Shown: positions 1-10,677 of the stretch, piece after piece | Numbering within the stretch: the first letter of the stretch is position 1 | How the letters are laid out: every line of letters starts with the position of its first letter | NCBI GenBank assembly: GCA_012862495.1 | Contig: BLSG01000398.1 | Location: 1-51,236 of the forward strand | Direction of reading: 5' to 3' | DNA length: 51,236 nucleotides | Source: Thraustochytrium aureum | Lineage: Eukaryota | Notes under the pieces: model-generated | Databases searched by the model: none | Seen by the model: only the letters and a program-made list of their open reading frames with translations | What the model was told of the DNA's origin: nothing | Translations under genes and position numbers: made by a program

Positions 1-106
1 GAGAGAGTATGGGAGTACGGCGTAACGTAACGGGCGATGTGAGGGCCGCGCGCGCTGGCTTCTCTGCGTCTCCTCCTGAAGTACTTGCGTTGTGATAGGC
101 CCAAGG

Positions 107-127
107 TGGCAGGCAGGCAGGCAGGCG
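107..127 (+). repeat. (GGCA)n microsatellite upstream of the DHHC gene
   Basis: ggcaggcaggcaggcaggc read directly. Confidence 0.85.
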
Positions 128-212
128 GTCAAGATCACAGGGGCAAGGAGGGCAAAGCGCGAAGGCGGAGGGCAGGGCCCCAAGGCAGCGGCGGTCTGCT
201 GCGCAGTGCGCG

Positions 213-1502
213 ATGGCGCAGAGCCGAAGCGCAGGGTACAAGGGCGTGGCGGTGGAGGAGGAGGAGGAGGTGGGGCGAGCGCTGACAGGCCAATGCGATG
301 CGCCGCGACCAGGCAGGTCGTACAGGGTCGCGCCGCCGCAAAGGCTGTCGCCCTGCGGCGTGGCGCGAGTGCTGGGGCTCTGTATGAGCGGCGTGGTGGG
401 GGCGCTGATCGTGCTGAGCTACGTGCCTGTGGTGCACTTTTATGCGACCTGGGACTTGGGCAACGTGCTGCTGCTGGGGCTGTTCCACCTCCTCGTGGGG
501 CTGGTGGTTGTGTCGTACCTGCAGACCAGCTTCACTGACCCAGGCACCGTGCCAGCGGAGTGGCACGAGCGGGTGGCGCGTTGCAAGCAACCCATGTACC
601 CTCGCTGCACCAAGTCGTCGCTGTTCAAGCCTCCGCGGTCGCACTACTGCTCCGTCACGCAGCGCATTGTGCTCAACATGGACCACTATTGTCCATGGGT
701 GAACAACTGCGTTGGTTTCTTCAACCGCAAGTTTTTCATCCAGTTTGTGACCTACACGGCGCTCCTCGCGCTGCTGGCCTCTGCGCTGCTCGGCTACAAG
801 ATGTACACTGGAGAGGGCGGCCTCAGCCAGGTGTCGCTGCGGACCAACCACAAGTCGCCAGACCACGCTCCGGCGGAGATCCCCGCGATCCCGACTGTGG
901 AAGAGATCCACAAGCAGCATGATGCTGCGACGAGCTCGCCGGTCTCGCGAGACGCGCAAATCACGCTTGCAATAATGACGATGATGGGCGCCCTGATCGA
1001 TGGCACTTTTTCATTCACATTGTTCATCTTCTCAGGGGCGCACCTCTGGATGGCAGCGCGCAACCACACCACCATCGAAGGGTTTGCGGTTTCGCGCAAG
1101 TACCGCCTCTCGACGCTGCGCAACCTGGAGAGCGTCTTTGGGGTCAACAAGCTGTACTGGTTTCTGCCGCTTTATGGGGATGGCCCCGCTGGGGACGGTG
1201 TGCATTGGCAGCTCGCGGACGGGACCTGGGTTGGGCTTGCGTCTGACGAAGAAGACCTCGGTGGCAGCGGCTGCTGCGACGACATGGAGGCTGGCAGCCG
1301 TGGTGGCCCTGATGGCCCAGAGCAGCGCACCGAGATGGATCGTGGCTCGACGAGTGACGGATATTTGCCGTCGCTGCCGCTTGACGACGATTGTCGTTCG
1401 GGTGCCGACGTCCAACCTGCTGGGGCTCGCGACGCGCACGTTTTGATTGAGCTCGCGCCACGGGACGCAGCCGGCGGGGTGCGTGCGCGAAAAGCGCTGT
1501 AG
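213..1502 (+). CDS. DHHC-family protein S-acyltransferase (palmitoyltransferase), DHYC variant, 429 aa
   Basis: Two TM helices, then TDPG motif, KPPRSHYCS...DHYCPWVNNCVGFFNRKFF core, two further TM helices, TTIE motif and a PaCCT-like YRLSTLRNLESVFG. Uninterrupted ORF. Confidence 0.95.
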   Translation: MAQSRSAGYKGVAVEEEEEVGRALTGQCDAPRPGRSYRVAPPQRLSPCGVARVLGLCMSGVVGALIVLSYVPVVHFYATWDLGNVLLLGLFHLLVGLVVVSYLQTSFTDPGTVPAEWHERVARCKQPMYPRCTKSSLFKPPRSHYCSVTQRIVLNMDHYCPWVNNCVGFFNRKFFIQFVTYTALLALLASALLGYKMYTGEGGLSQVSLRTNHKSPDHAPAEIPAIPTVEEIHKQHDAATSSPVSRDAQITLAIMTMMGALIDGTFSFTLFIFSGAHLWMAARNHTTIEGFAVSRKYRLSTLRNLESVFGVNKLYWFLPLYGDGPAGDGVHWQLADGTWVGLASDEEDLGGSGCCDDMEAGSRGGPDGPEQRTEMDRGSTSDGYLPSLPLDDDCRSGADVQPAGARDAHVLIELAPRDAAGGVRARKAL

Positions 1503-1686
1503 CGAGCCATCGCTTAGCCTGCCCTCGAGCACGCGAGAACCGCAGGAGAGATAGAGGGTGCAGCGGCCTAGTCTACCTTGCTCTCTACTTTCCCGACGAC
1601 TCGTACTGCAGCTGAAACCCACACCTGGCAAGCGTGCAGACAGGGTTTGTTTGCTAGATTGATTGTTTTCGTTTGCCCAGGCCGAG

Positions 1687-1717
1687 CTCCCTCCCTCCCT
1701 CCCTCCCTCCCTCCCTC
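1687..1717 (+). repeat. (CTCC)n microsatellite
   Basis: About 7.5 perfect copies read directly. Confidence 0.95.
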
Positions 1718-1732
1718 GCAATTGCTGCGGAA

Positions 1733-1847
1733 GAAACAAGCCACGGACGGAATCCCACATCGGCCACCTCGAGCTTCGAAATGGAAACAAGCCACGGACG
1801 GAATCCCACATCGGCCACCTCGAGCAACGGAATCAAGCCATGGACGG
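1733..1847 (+). repeat. 42-bp direct repeat, two exact copies (1733-1774, 1784-1825; period 51) plus a degenerate partial third copy (1830-1847)
   Basis: gaaacaagccacggacggaatcccacatcggccacctcgagc occurs twice, followed by gaatcaagccatggacgg. Confidence 0.9.
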
Positions 1848-2183
1848 CGGCGCGCAAGAACGCCCAGGAATTGGAGCGCTCGAGGAGACCAATCAAACAG
1901 TTGGGGTAAGCAGCACAGGGTGGAAGGGTGGTAGTGTACTTGATTGCGTATCAGCTGGACGAGCGAACGCAAAGCAGGACTCTCCGCGACCGCGAATGTT
2001 GGCTGCCGGAGGGGGAGAAACTAAGAAAAAGATACTCAACTAGAGAACAGTGACCTGCGCCGCCCCGCGCGCGACAGAGCAGAAAGCGCTCCCGGGAACC
2101 ACACCCTCGGCTGCCGTTCAGCCTCGAGAGCTCGCAAGCTCCCTCTGCAGACACTCTCGACCTCCTATAGAAGAGCTAGGGCT

Positions 2184-5100
2184 CTAGAGAATCGAGCACC
2201 CCCGCGAGCCGCGATGGGAGGGCGCGAGCGAGGCCTCGTCAGACTCGTCGAGCGGGCGGGACAGAATCGGACCCCTCAAACGCTGCATCTGAAGCAGCGC
2301 ACAGTACTGGTAAAACCGCGCCGCCAAGGCGAGGTCGGCACGCAACAGCGCCATCACGCGATCGCGGGGCGCAAACTTGAGCAAGGCGGTTTCCGAGGCC
2401 ACCTTGACGGTGAAAGCAGACGGCGCGCCGGTGAGGAAGCGCTCCACTCCAAACACCGTGCCGACCTTGTAGGAAGCAAACTGAACGCGCCGGCCGTTCA
2501 CCTCGCGCTGCACGACAAGCTCGCCAGCGCCGACAAGATAAAGCCCGTTCGGTCCGTCGAGCTTGAGCGCGCGCTTGGTAGCCGTCGTCCTCCGGCCAAG
2601 CTTTGGATCCTTCGTCCGCGCGTCGCCAGAGCTCTCCTCAGCGGGCAGCCGCGAGGCCACGATAACGTTCTGGCCGCGCTTGACGCGCACAGAGCGGCCG
2701 TCGTGGAAGATCTTGAACTTGTCTTGCTTGGTAAGGACCTGCTGCAGCGTCTGCGTCAGCACAAGGAACTCGGTGCGGAGATCATGCTGCTGGCTGAACA
2801 CCACGTTGAAGGGGTCCTCCGCGACGCTCGGTGGGAGATCCGCATCCTTGGTCCCGGACGAGTACCCGTACAGGTCGCCCGGCAAAGTGTACGAGTGAGG
2901 GGCGCGCTCCACCACGGTGCCGGTGCGCAACAGGGCCTCGACCCAGTCCTCGACCAAGCCGGCCGAGTTGTTCTCTGGCAAGAAGATGTCTAGTCGCAGC
3001 TCGTCGGTGATCACGGTCAGATTCTCGCCTCGGTCGCCGAAGCGGCGCATTTCGTAAATGTCGTTGAGGTGGAGCTTGCCGTACAGCGCGGGCCGGCGGC
3101 GCAGTTTGGCGAGGTCGAGAGCGCGCTTCTTTGTCCGAAAGCAAATGTGATAGCGCGTAACGTACAGCACGCCCTCTTTGGGCGTGTTGTAAACCTCAGA
3201 GTCCCGCGTGTCAACCCCGTACCAGGAGTGGCCCACCAGCATCGAGATGTCGCCCACAATCTGGGCCTCGCAGTCGACCTGAAAGATGATCGCGTCGAAC
3301 GCCATGTCAAAGTCCTGCTCAAACCAGACCCTCGCGCGCTCGAGGTCACGGCCACGTCGCTCGAACTGGGTTTCCTGCGTCGTGCGGATCGGCTTGTTGT
3401 CGAGCAGCCGGGTCAGCGTGGCCGTGCCGTCCTCGCGCTGGTCGCGCTCGATAAGCTGCTGCTCGATCTCGTCGCACAAGAGCTCCTCGTCGCGGTCCGC
3501 GCGCTCGCCGATGACCGCCGCCACGTACTTGAAGAAGGCCAACGCCAGCGCGCCGTTCTTGCGGAACAGCTTGGTAAGCTCCACGACGGAGATGCAATGC
3601 AAAACCACGTCCGTCTTGGCCACCAACTGGACAACCGACATGGGCTGATTGAGGATCCAAGGTACGATCCCAATGGAATCGCCCTTCTCAAACTTGCCAA
3701 CGGGCTCGAAAGTACGCATGGACGAAAAATAATCGCCCATGCTGTCCTCATCCTCGTCGCGGTCATGGTCCCCAAACTCGCTGCTGTACACGCCGTCCCG
3801 CCCGCCCGTGCTGCGCCCCTCGGAGCCATTGAAAATGATGCTGACCTCGTCCTGCTCAGGCTCCTTGTTCGCCGCGGATTTCAGAGTGGCGCGAAGCTTG
3901 TCCTCCGCCAAAGCGTCGTACGAAAACGGCTGGCCAAACAAAAACGAGGTCCCCTTTCGCAGGATGCGCATTGAGAAAGACTCGTCGCCGCGGATGCCGC
4001 CCTCCTCGTCTCCATCGTCCATGCTGATTTGACTCGCCCGCCGCTGCTGGCCGCGCCCAGACCGCAGCTCTTGTTGCCGCTCTAAATCCTCGATTGTGGG
4101 CGGCCCTGCACGAGTCGCCTCGAATTCGACCTGGTCATCATATGCCCCGCCCGGGCTGCTTGAAATGGGCACCACGACAGCGCCGCCGGCGCTCGATTGG
4201 CACTGGTCGAGGCGGCAGTTCGGGCGGCGCGCTCGCGGCGTACGCCTCTGCAAGCTCGAGCGCGCTGAGTTTGTGATCTGCTTTCGCTGCGCTCGCGCCG
4301 CTCGTGCCAAGCGCAGCAGCAGTGGAGGGGCTCGAAACGTCTTGAGGAAAGCCGTCGTGTCCCGCGGCGATCCTGCCGCCAAAATCGAACTTGGCATCAG
4401 TGGAACGCCCGGCGTGACGGCCCACGTTTAGGAGGTCGTCGTCCTCCTCGTCGGGCCCGTGCCCTGCGCGGCTGCGACCCCGACGGGAGCGCCCGAAGCG
4501 CGAGGTCCCGCCGGTGCCTGCTCTGTCCCTCGAGGCCGCAAACGAAGATTCACCCAGCGGCGTCTTCGCAAAGCTGGAGCTGCGGTCCGGCCCAGCCAGG
4601 CCCTGCGCAGCGCCATCGCGGGCGCCGGTCTTGGCGGTCCTCGAGCTCCTCCCGTCGTAGTCGAACTCGTCGCGGTCGAATTCGTCCCCTCCCTCGTCGT
4701 CGTCGTCGTCTTCCTCCTCCTCCTCTTCGTCACTTGTCTCGTTTCCGTGAAACGCTTCGTGTGGGTCGGCCCCGAGCAAAAGTGCGTCTTCCTCGTCGGC
4801 ATCGAACGAGGTATTGCGCGGAGCAAGCACGACCTGTCGCGGCCCCCCCGTTTGTTGTGCTCGCGCCGTAGCTGCCGCTTCGTAGCCGTCGAGGGTGTAA
4901 CGCGCCTGCTCGGGGACTAGGATGTGGCTTGGTACCACGTAGCCCCCAGCATCCTCCTCGAGGGAGAGGTCTGGCGGACGGCGGAATTCCATCGTCATGG
5001 GGATGACATGGTTCTTGATCAGACCTGTGATAGCCTTCTGGCTCAGGTCGTTGGCCTCCACGTCGTACAGGCCTACCTTGACGAGCTCGTCGCCGACCTT

Positions 5101-7029
5101 GACCCCGGCGCGCTCTGCTTCGGAGCCGGCCTTTACGCTATGGACAACAGCGGCCTGGTTGTTGGGGAAGACGCGTTTGGGCACGCCGCCCACAATTTGC
5201 TCGCCGAACTCTGCCAAGTTGTACGATCGCTTCTTTTTGCGATACGCAAAACCGAGCTTGCGTTCCTTAAAGCGGACCGTGAAGAACCGCGGTAAGGACC
5301 GGTTGAGCGAGCTCGAGTCGAGCATCTCAAGCGAGGGTGCGCGGTTCTGGATCTTGTCCTCCACATTGGGGAACAGCAGCGACTGCAGGTCAAAGTCGTC
5401 GCCGATCGCGTCTTCCTTTGCCTTTGTTTTCGCCAAGGCACTCTCCGTTGTCTCCAAGAAGATCTCGATTGTCCCCTCGCTGACATGCATGATGTCTTGG
5501 AATAAACTTTCCTTGTGCAAGACCATATCGCCGGCATGGTAAGCTCTGCGCCAGACAAAGTTTACGAGCAACCTCCAGTCCCGGTGCGTGAGCAGGTGCT
5601 GCGCTGCGCGCTCGCGCGTTCGTGCTGCGAGTCGGAGACGCTGTTGCTGCAGCGACTCGGTGTCTTGGGCGATGTACAGCTGTTCCTTCTTCTTCACCGC
5701 GCGCCAGAGTCGGTCCATGTGGCCGATGCACTCGTTGCGGCTCTGCTTTGTGTCGAAATCCATCTTGAGGATCCTCACTGTGCCCGCTTTGGTGGAGCAG
5801 GTCGCCGTTACATCCTTGAAAGAGGGGGCGTCCTCCTCGGCCACCGACTCGTTCATTCGCTCGACGACGTAGAGCCAGGTCTCCTCCATGGACTTCATCG
5901 AGTTGATGTTGATGAGCATCACCGTGACCTTGAACACGTTGCTGAAAATGGACTCGTTCGCGGTGAAAATCACCTTGCGCGAAGCGGGGTAGATGCCCAG
6001 GCGGCCCGGGATCGTCAGCACTTCGTGCGGCGCGTTGGGGTCTCGCTTCTTCAACTTCTTTTTCTTGGCCTTTTTGTCGTGGGCGAGGTCGCGGGCACGT
6101 TGGGCCTCCGCGTTCGACGTGCCCAGGCCGTGCACGAGCGGGTCCGTGTCGGGGTCGATGTCGTCCACGTAGTCGTCGAGAGCCTTCTCGTAGGATAGGA
6201 TGCATGTGTAGACGTAGCGAGGTTTGGTACCATCGTCGTCGACGTCATCAATCTCGTCGTCACCGCCGCCTTGCCACGGCGCCATCCACTTTTTCTTCTT
6301 CTGCTGCTTGTACAGCTTCATCTTTTCGCGGTCGGTCATGCGGTGGAACCGGATCGCGCTGCTCAGGTAGTAGATCACCATCACAACGCAGAACAGGTAG
6401 AAGAGCGTCACCAGGGTGAAGAGGATCACCGGGAAGATTGGGTTGATCTTGACGGGGAGCTGGCTGCCGGGCGCGAGCGGCTCGGCGAGGATCGAGGTGA
6501 GCGAGAGAGCCTGAGACATCAGGTAGACGAAGAATGCCAGCAGCGCCAACGTGAATATGTAAAACCAGATGAACAGCACGGAGGACTCGAGCCTGATCGC
6601 CCAATAAAGTGGCCGAAAGTACAGGAAGAACACCGAAAAGAGGTAAACGATAGAGAGCACAAACGAGAGGATCATCGTGCTCGGGTTTGTCACGTTGCTC
6701 GTGAGCAAGGTAGACATGACGGCGACAAAGTTGATCACGGACACCCACCAGCTGAAAAGCCAAAACCGATAGCAGCTTCTCACGAGTTTGCGCTGCGCTT
6801 CCAAGGGAAAGTCTTCTTGGATGTTGAGGTGCAGGACTGGGCAGGCCCGCGGCCAGTCTGGCTTTTCCTCTATCATCACGCGCCGGTCCCCTGTCCACCA
6901 CTGCTCTTCTTCGTCGCCGTTTTCCTCGGGCTCCACGTAGTCGACATCCTGCACACGGCTCCACAAGTGCCGCGACGGCCTCGTCGACTTGGCTGGCGGC
7001 CGCTTGCGCATGCTCACCGCAGCACCCAT
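2184..7029 (-). CDS. Multidomain membrane protein (~1,614 aa): SCAMP domain, GRAM/PH-like, split cNMP-binding domain with inserted PDZ, GRAM/PH-like, cNMP-binding domain; one frameshift near 4197
   Basis: ORFs 4138..7029 and 2184..4397 overlap and join if one base is removed near 4197 (PRPVP|SSAGGAVVV). SCAMP motifs DWP..P....I..DFP and LYFRPLYWAIRLESS plus 4 TM segments (~6340-6860). PDZ LGF...VHSVKAGSEAERAGVKVGDELVKV (~4975-5286). cNMP fold GLYLVGAGELVV...YKVGTVFGVERFL...ALAARFYQYCA (~2280-2740). GRAM-like EGVLYVTRYHICF (~2930-3292). Confidence 0.8.
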
Positions 7030-7071
7030 GTTTTAGCCACGAGTGAGGCTCGCGAGCGAAGCCAAGCCAGA

Positions 7072-7719
7072 NNNNNNNNNNNNNNNNNNNNNNNNNNNNN
7101 NNNNNNNNNNNNNNNNNNNNNNNNNNNNNNNNNNNNNNNNNNNNNNNNNNNNNNNNNNNNNNNNNNNNNNNNNNNNNNNNNNNNNNNNNNNNNNNNNNNN
7201 NNNNNNNNNNNNNNNNNNNNNNNNNNNNNNNNNNNNNNNNNNNNNNNNNNNNNNNNNNNNNNNNNNNNNNNNNNNNNNNNNNNNNNNNNNNNNNNNNNNN
7301 NNNNNNNNNNNNNNNNNNNNNNNNNNNNNNNNNNNNNNNNNNNNNNNNNNNNNNNNNNNNNNNNNNNNNNNNNNNNNNNNNNNNNNNNNNNNNNNNNNNN
7401 NNNNNNNNNNNNNNNNNNNNNNNNNNNNNNNNNNNNNNNNNNNNNNNNNNNNNNNNNNNNNNNNNNNNNNNNNNNNNNNNNNNNNNNNNNNNNNNNNNNN
7501 NNNNNNNNNNNNNNNNNNNNNNNNNNNNNNNNNNNNNNNNNNNNNNNNNNNNNNNNNNNNNNNNNNNNNNNNNNNNNNNNNNNNNNNNNNNNNNNNNNNN
7601 NNNNNNNNNNNNNNNNNNNNNNNNNNNNNNNNNNNNNNNNNNNNNNNNNNNNNNNNNNNNNNNNNNNNNNNNNNNNNNNNNNNNNNNNNNNNNNNNNNNN
7701 NNNNNNNNNNNNNNNNNNN
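7072..7719. other. Assembly gap (other gaps: 10196-10439, 11927-12175, 36433-36962, 45956-46414, 49966-50625)
   Basis: Runs of N. Confidence 1.
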
Positions 7720-8255
7720 GGGGGGGTGCTTTGGCGGTGTTTTTCCCCAAGGGCTTTGACGGAAGCCCTGTGCTTGTGTCGGAGCGCAGCGCGCGCCGCA
7801 TGACGCAAGCGTTTACGAATGACATGTTGGACTTCGTGAACGAGCAGCTTGGCTTGAGTTTGACGCTCAGCGGCGAGCAGGCCCACGCCTCAGAGCCGAG
7901 CTTGGAGCGATTGGCTTCCTCGTTCTTGGGGCTTGCTTCGGCAAGTGCGCAGCGTGCTGTGCTGGAGGAGGCGCGCAATTTGGCGCGGGCGAATTCTGTC
8001 CGTCACGCTGCTGGCTCTCTTCACGATGTCCATGCTGCCCAGGTGGTTCGCGCGATGGAAAGAATTCTCGAGGGCGGGGAGGGGTTCTTGACTGCAGAGA
8101 TTGCTCGAATTGGCCGTCTCCTTGAGAGCGATAGCGTTGGCGAAGCGAAGCACGTGGAGCTCTTGGCAAGACGCTCGGCCTTGGCCTTGTTTTCCGCAAC
8201 GCGAGAGGAGGTGGTTGAAGATACTGTGGGGAGCAGTGGTGGCTTCAACGAATGA
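7720..8255 (+). CDS. 3' part of an ERp29/PDI-D-type ER protein (end of a thioredoxin-like fold plus ERp29 C-terminal helical domain); 5' end lies in the gap
   Basis: FFPKG...LDFVNEQLG resembles the end of a PDI thioredoxin domain. VRAMERILEGGEGFLTAEIARIGRLL...KHVELLARRSALALF matches the ERp29_C pattern. Stop at 8253-8255. Confidence 0.75.
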
Positions 8256-8420
8256 CTCGGAGGTGAAAAGCACAAGCCACCCGCGGAGGCGGTGTCCGCC
8301 GTTCGGCGGCTGGATCCGCGCCTGCAGGGTGAGCCTGGCACGTCGCGGTCGTCGCAAGGAATTTCGCTGGTCGACTTGTCGACCTCGACCATTGCCGCAA
8401 CGGAAGAGGGATGGCGGCGT

Positions 8421-8502
8421 CTGAGATGCTGGTGAGATCCTGCATCGCCTTAGATGCTGGCGAGATGCTGCATCCTCTGAGATGCTGGTGAGATCCTGCA
8501 TC
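8421..8502 (+). repeat. Three-copy 28-bp tandem repeat, each unit with an internal inverted repeat
   Basis: ctgagatgctggtgagatcctgcatc at 8421 and 8477, with a variant copy between them. GATGC...GCATC arms in each unit. Confidence 0.9.
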
Positions 8503-8541
8503 CCTGCGCACCCGTTTTCGCAGTTTCTTTTTGATTGAGAG

Positions 8542-8840
8542 TCCATGGTGTTGCTGGGTTATCTTCGGGAACGAAGCCAGGAATGCGGCTGCCTCCTTCG
8601 AACGCCTGTGACAAGGCATCTCTGCACGCGACGCAGGCCGCGCTTGCTGAAGAGCCCCCAGACCAGTCCCGTAGGAGCCGGACGGACAACCAAAAGTCTA
8701 AAGATGGCTGAGCGCCTTACGAATAATGGCCTTGCGATGTGACGATCCATGGTGTTGCTGGGTTACCTACGGAAAAGACGCTAGCTCTAGAGGGACTCTG
8801 CTGTCTCCTTCGGCAGCCAGTGGCGGGATACCTCTGGTTG
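8542..8840 (+). repeat. Diverged direct duplication, period about 204 bp
   Basis: Exact 20-mer tccatggtgttgctgggtta at 8542 and 8746, with imperfect similarity continuing downstream (ctccttcg...ctctg). Confidence 0.7.
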
Positions 8841-9200
8841 GTTGGAAGGAATGTTGACTACACGACGATGAAAGAGACGGGAGGCGCGACCTCAAAACGA
8901 GACGGGATGCGCGGCCTCAAAACGATGAACGAATGGCGCAGCCGAAGCCGAACCAAGCAGCACCAACAGGGACGCCACGAAAGCCTTTTTTTGGGTATAG
9001 ATTGGAAAATGACGGTGGAGCGCCACGCGGAAGGAGAAGGCGACGAGTTCAAAACCGATGAACGGTAGACTATGCGAAGCTTTAAAACAAAATGGGGAAA
9101 CTGTGGCATCATGCATCAGCTGGCAACTGATGAGCGAAGGTCGTAGGAGGAAAGGCTGCCCAGCGCGAAATCCTCCGTGTGGGAGGAGCCTCTGGCGAAA

Positions 9201-10631
9201 TCACACACTTTCAAGGACCGCCGGCTGCGAGCCTGGCGCAGCGTCGCGCTGCAACTGCTGCACAAGTGTAAAGGCGCGATCGTAGTATCCAGGACACGGA
9301 TTGTGGTCTGACTGGTCGTACTGGAGGTGCTGGTTCAGGCAGTTTGCAGGCAAATCATCAAGCCCCGGAGAATCGTACAGGAACGACGGGGAGCACGGCG
9401 GAGTGAGCACGACACCGGTGATGAGGTGGGTGATCGCGCCGTGGTCATCGAAAACGAGCTTGGGACGTTCGCGCTTGGCGAATTGAATCGTCCGGCCGTT
9501 GTCGAACTCAACCACGCTCCCGCCAGCGACCATCTTGGAGATTTGCCAGGTTCGACCGTCGAGGGAAAAACTGTGCACGATGGATCGCTTGGGCTCGTTG
9601 AACGGCGCAGCATGCGCAAGGCAGTGATAGTGGCCGCGGGCATCCACGTAGAGGAAAGGGTCTTCGCCTTGCCCGCAGGCACGTTTCGAGCGAAGCCGGT
9701 AAGGGCCACGCCAGTGGTCTGCCTCAGCGATCGACATGTCCGCGTTGAAGAGGACAAGCGTGGTACCGTTGGGAAACACCCAAGGCGTTGGGTTTCCGTT
9801 CCCACCCACGTTGAAGGATATGTTGGCGATGTGGCGCTCCCACGGTCCATAAAGCCCAGGAGAGTGGTGGATGGGGAAGGTTGCCGGGCCACCGTTGCCG
9901 TGCGCACCAAATCGGTCAGTCGGAGGGTCGGCCAAAACCTCGTCTAAATCTGCGCGGCATGGCGAGGTCCCATTTCCGGGCAGGCAGGGCTGCGTTGCTC
10001 GTCCCTCGGCGAGTCCGATGTGGAAGAGCAGCCAGGCGTCGCTCGCCTTGGCAATCTGCGGGTTGTGCGCCCACACCGGCAGAACGACTTGCTCGCGCCG
10101 GTATGGGCCCTCGATCGTGTCCGAGACGCCCCTGATGACCTGTGAGTTTCGCCCCCATTCGCGAAGGCCGCAGTTGCCCGATATCTCAGAGAAGANNNNN
10201 NNNNNNNNNNNNNNNNNNNNNNNNNNNNNNNNNNNNNNNNNNNNNNNNNNNNNNNNNNNNNNNNNNNNNNNNNNNNNNNNNNNNNNNNNNNNNNNNNNNN
10301 NNNNNNNNNNNNNNNNNNNNNNNNNNNNNNNNNNNNNNNNNNNNNNNNNNNNNNNNNNNNNNNNNNNNNNNNNNNNNNNNNNNNNNNNNNNNNNNNNNNN
10401 NNNNNNNNNNNNNNNNNNNNNNNNNNNNNNNNNNNNNNNCACCGCGCCACGCTGCGTCGCATTTGCATTTCCCGGCCGTGCAGACACCGTTCAACTCGCA
10501 GTCGAGGTCGTTCTGCAGGCCCCGCCGCCGGACGCGACGGTTCTGGGCTCTGCCGCGGTTGCGGCCTCCGGCGCGCGAGAGGCGATTGCAACTGCCGCTG
10601 CGGCCGCGGCGACGACAAGGCAGCGAACCAT
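9201..10631 (-). CDS. Secreted protein: signal peptide, EGF-like domain, five-bladed beta-propeller of the GH43/62/32/68/117/130-like group; frameshift near 10511 and internal gap 10196-10439
   Basis: ATG at 10631 gives MVRCLVVAAAAAAVAIA (signal-like). Adding one base near 10511 gives CRNDLDCELNGVCTAGKCKCDAAWRG (EGF-like). After the gap: NSQVIRGVSDTIEGPY, AHNPQI, GNPTPW, EDPFLY and RERPKL motifs. Confidence 0.75.
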
Positions 10632-10632
10632 T

Positions 10633-10673
<41 letters not shown>
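10633..10673 (+). repeat. (CTGG)n microsatellite abutting the start codon of the minus-strand EGF/beta-propeller gene
   Basis: About 10 perfect copies read directly. Confidence 0.95.

Positions 10674-10677
<4 letters not shown>

Noticed and set aside
1733..1847. CRISPR-like array
   Set aside because: Only two full repeats with a 9-bp spacer, no cas genes, and a eukaryotic context.
6260..7978. ORFs spanning N gaps (also near 10.2, 12, 36.5, 46 and 50 kb)
   Set aside because: They are artefacts of translating Ns as X.
8256..9200. Short ORFs in the intergenic regions (also 1503-2183 and 10700-11926)
   Set aside because: No recognisable motifs; several are translations of local repeats.
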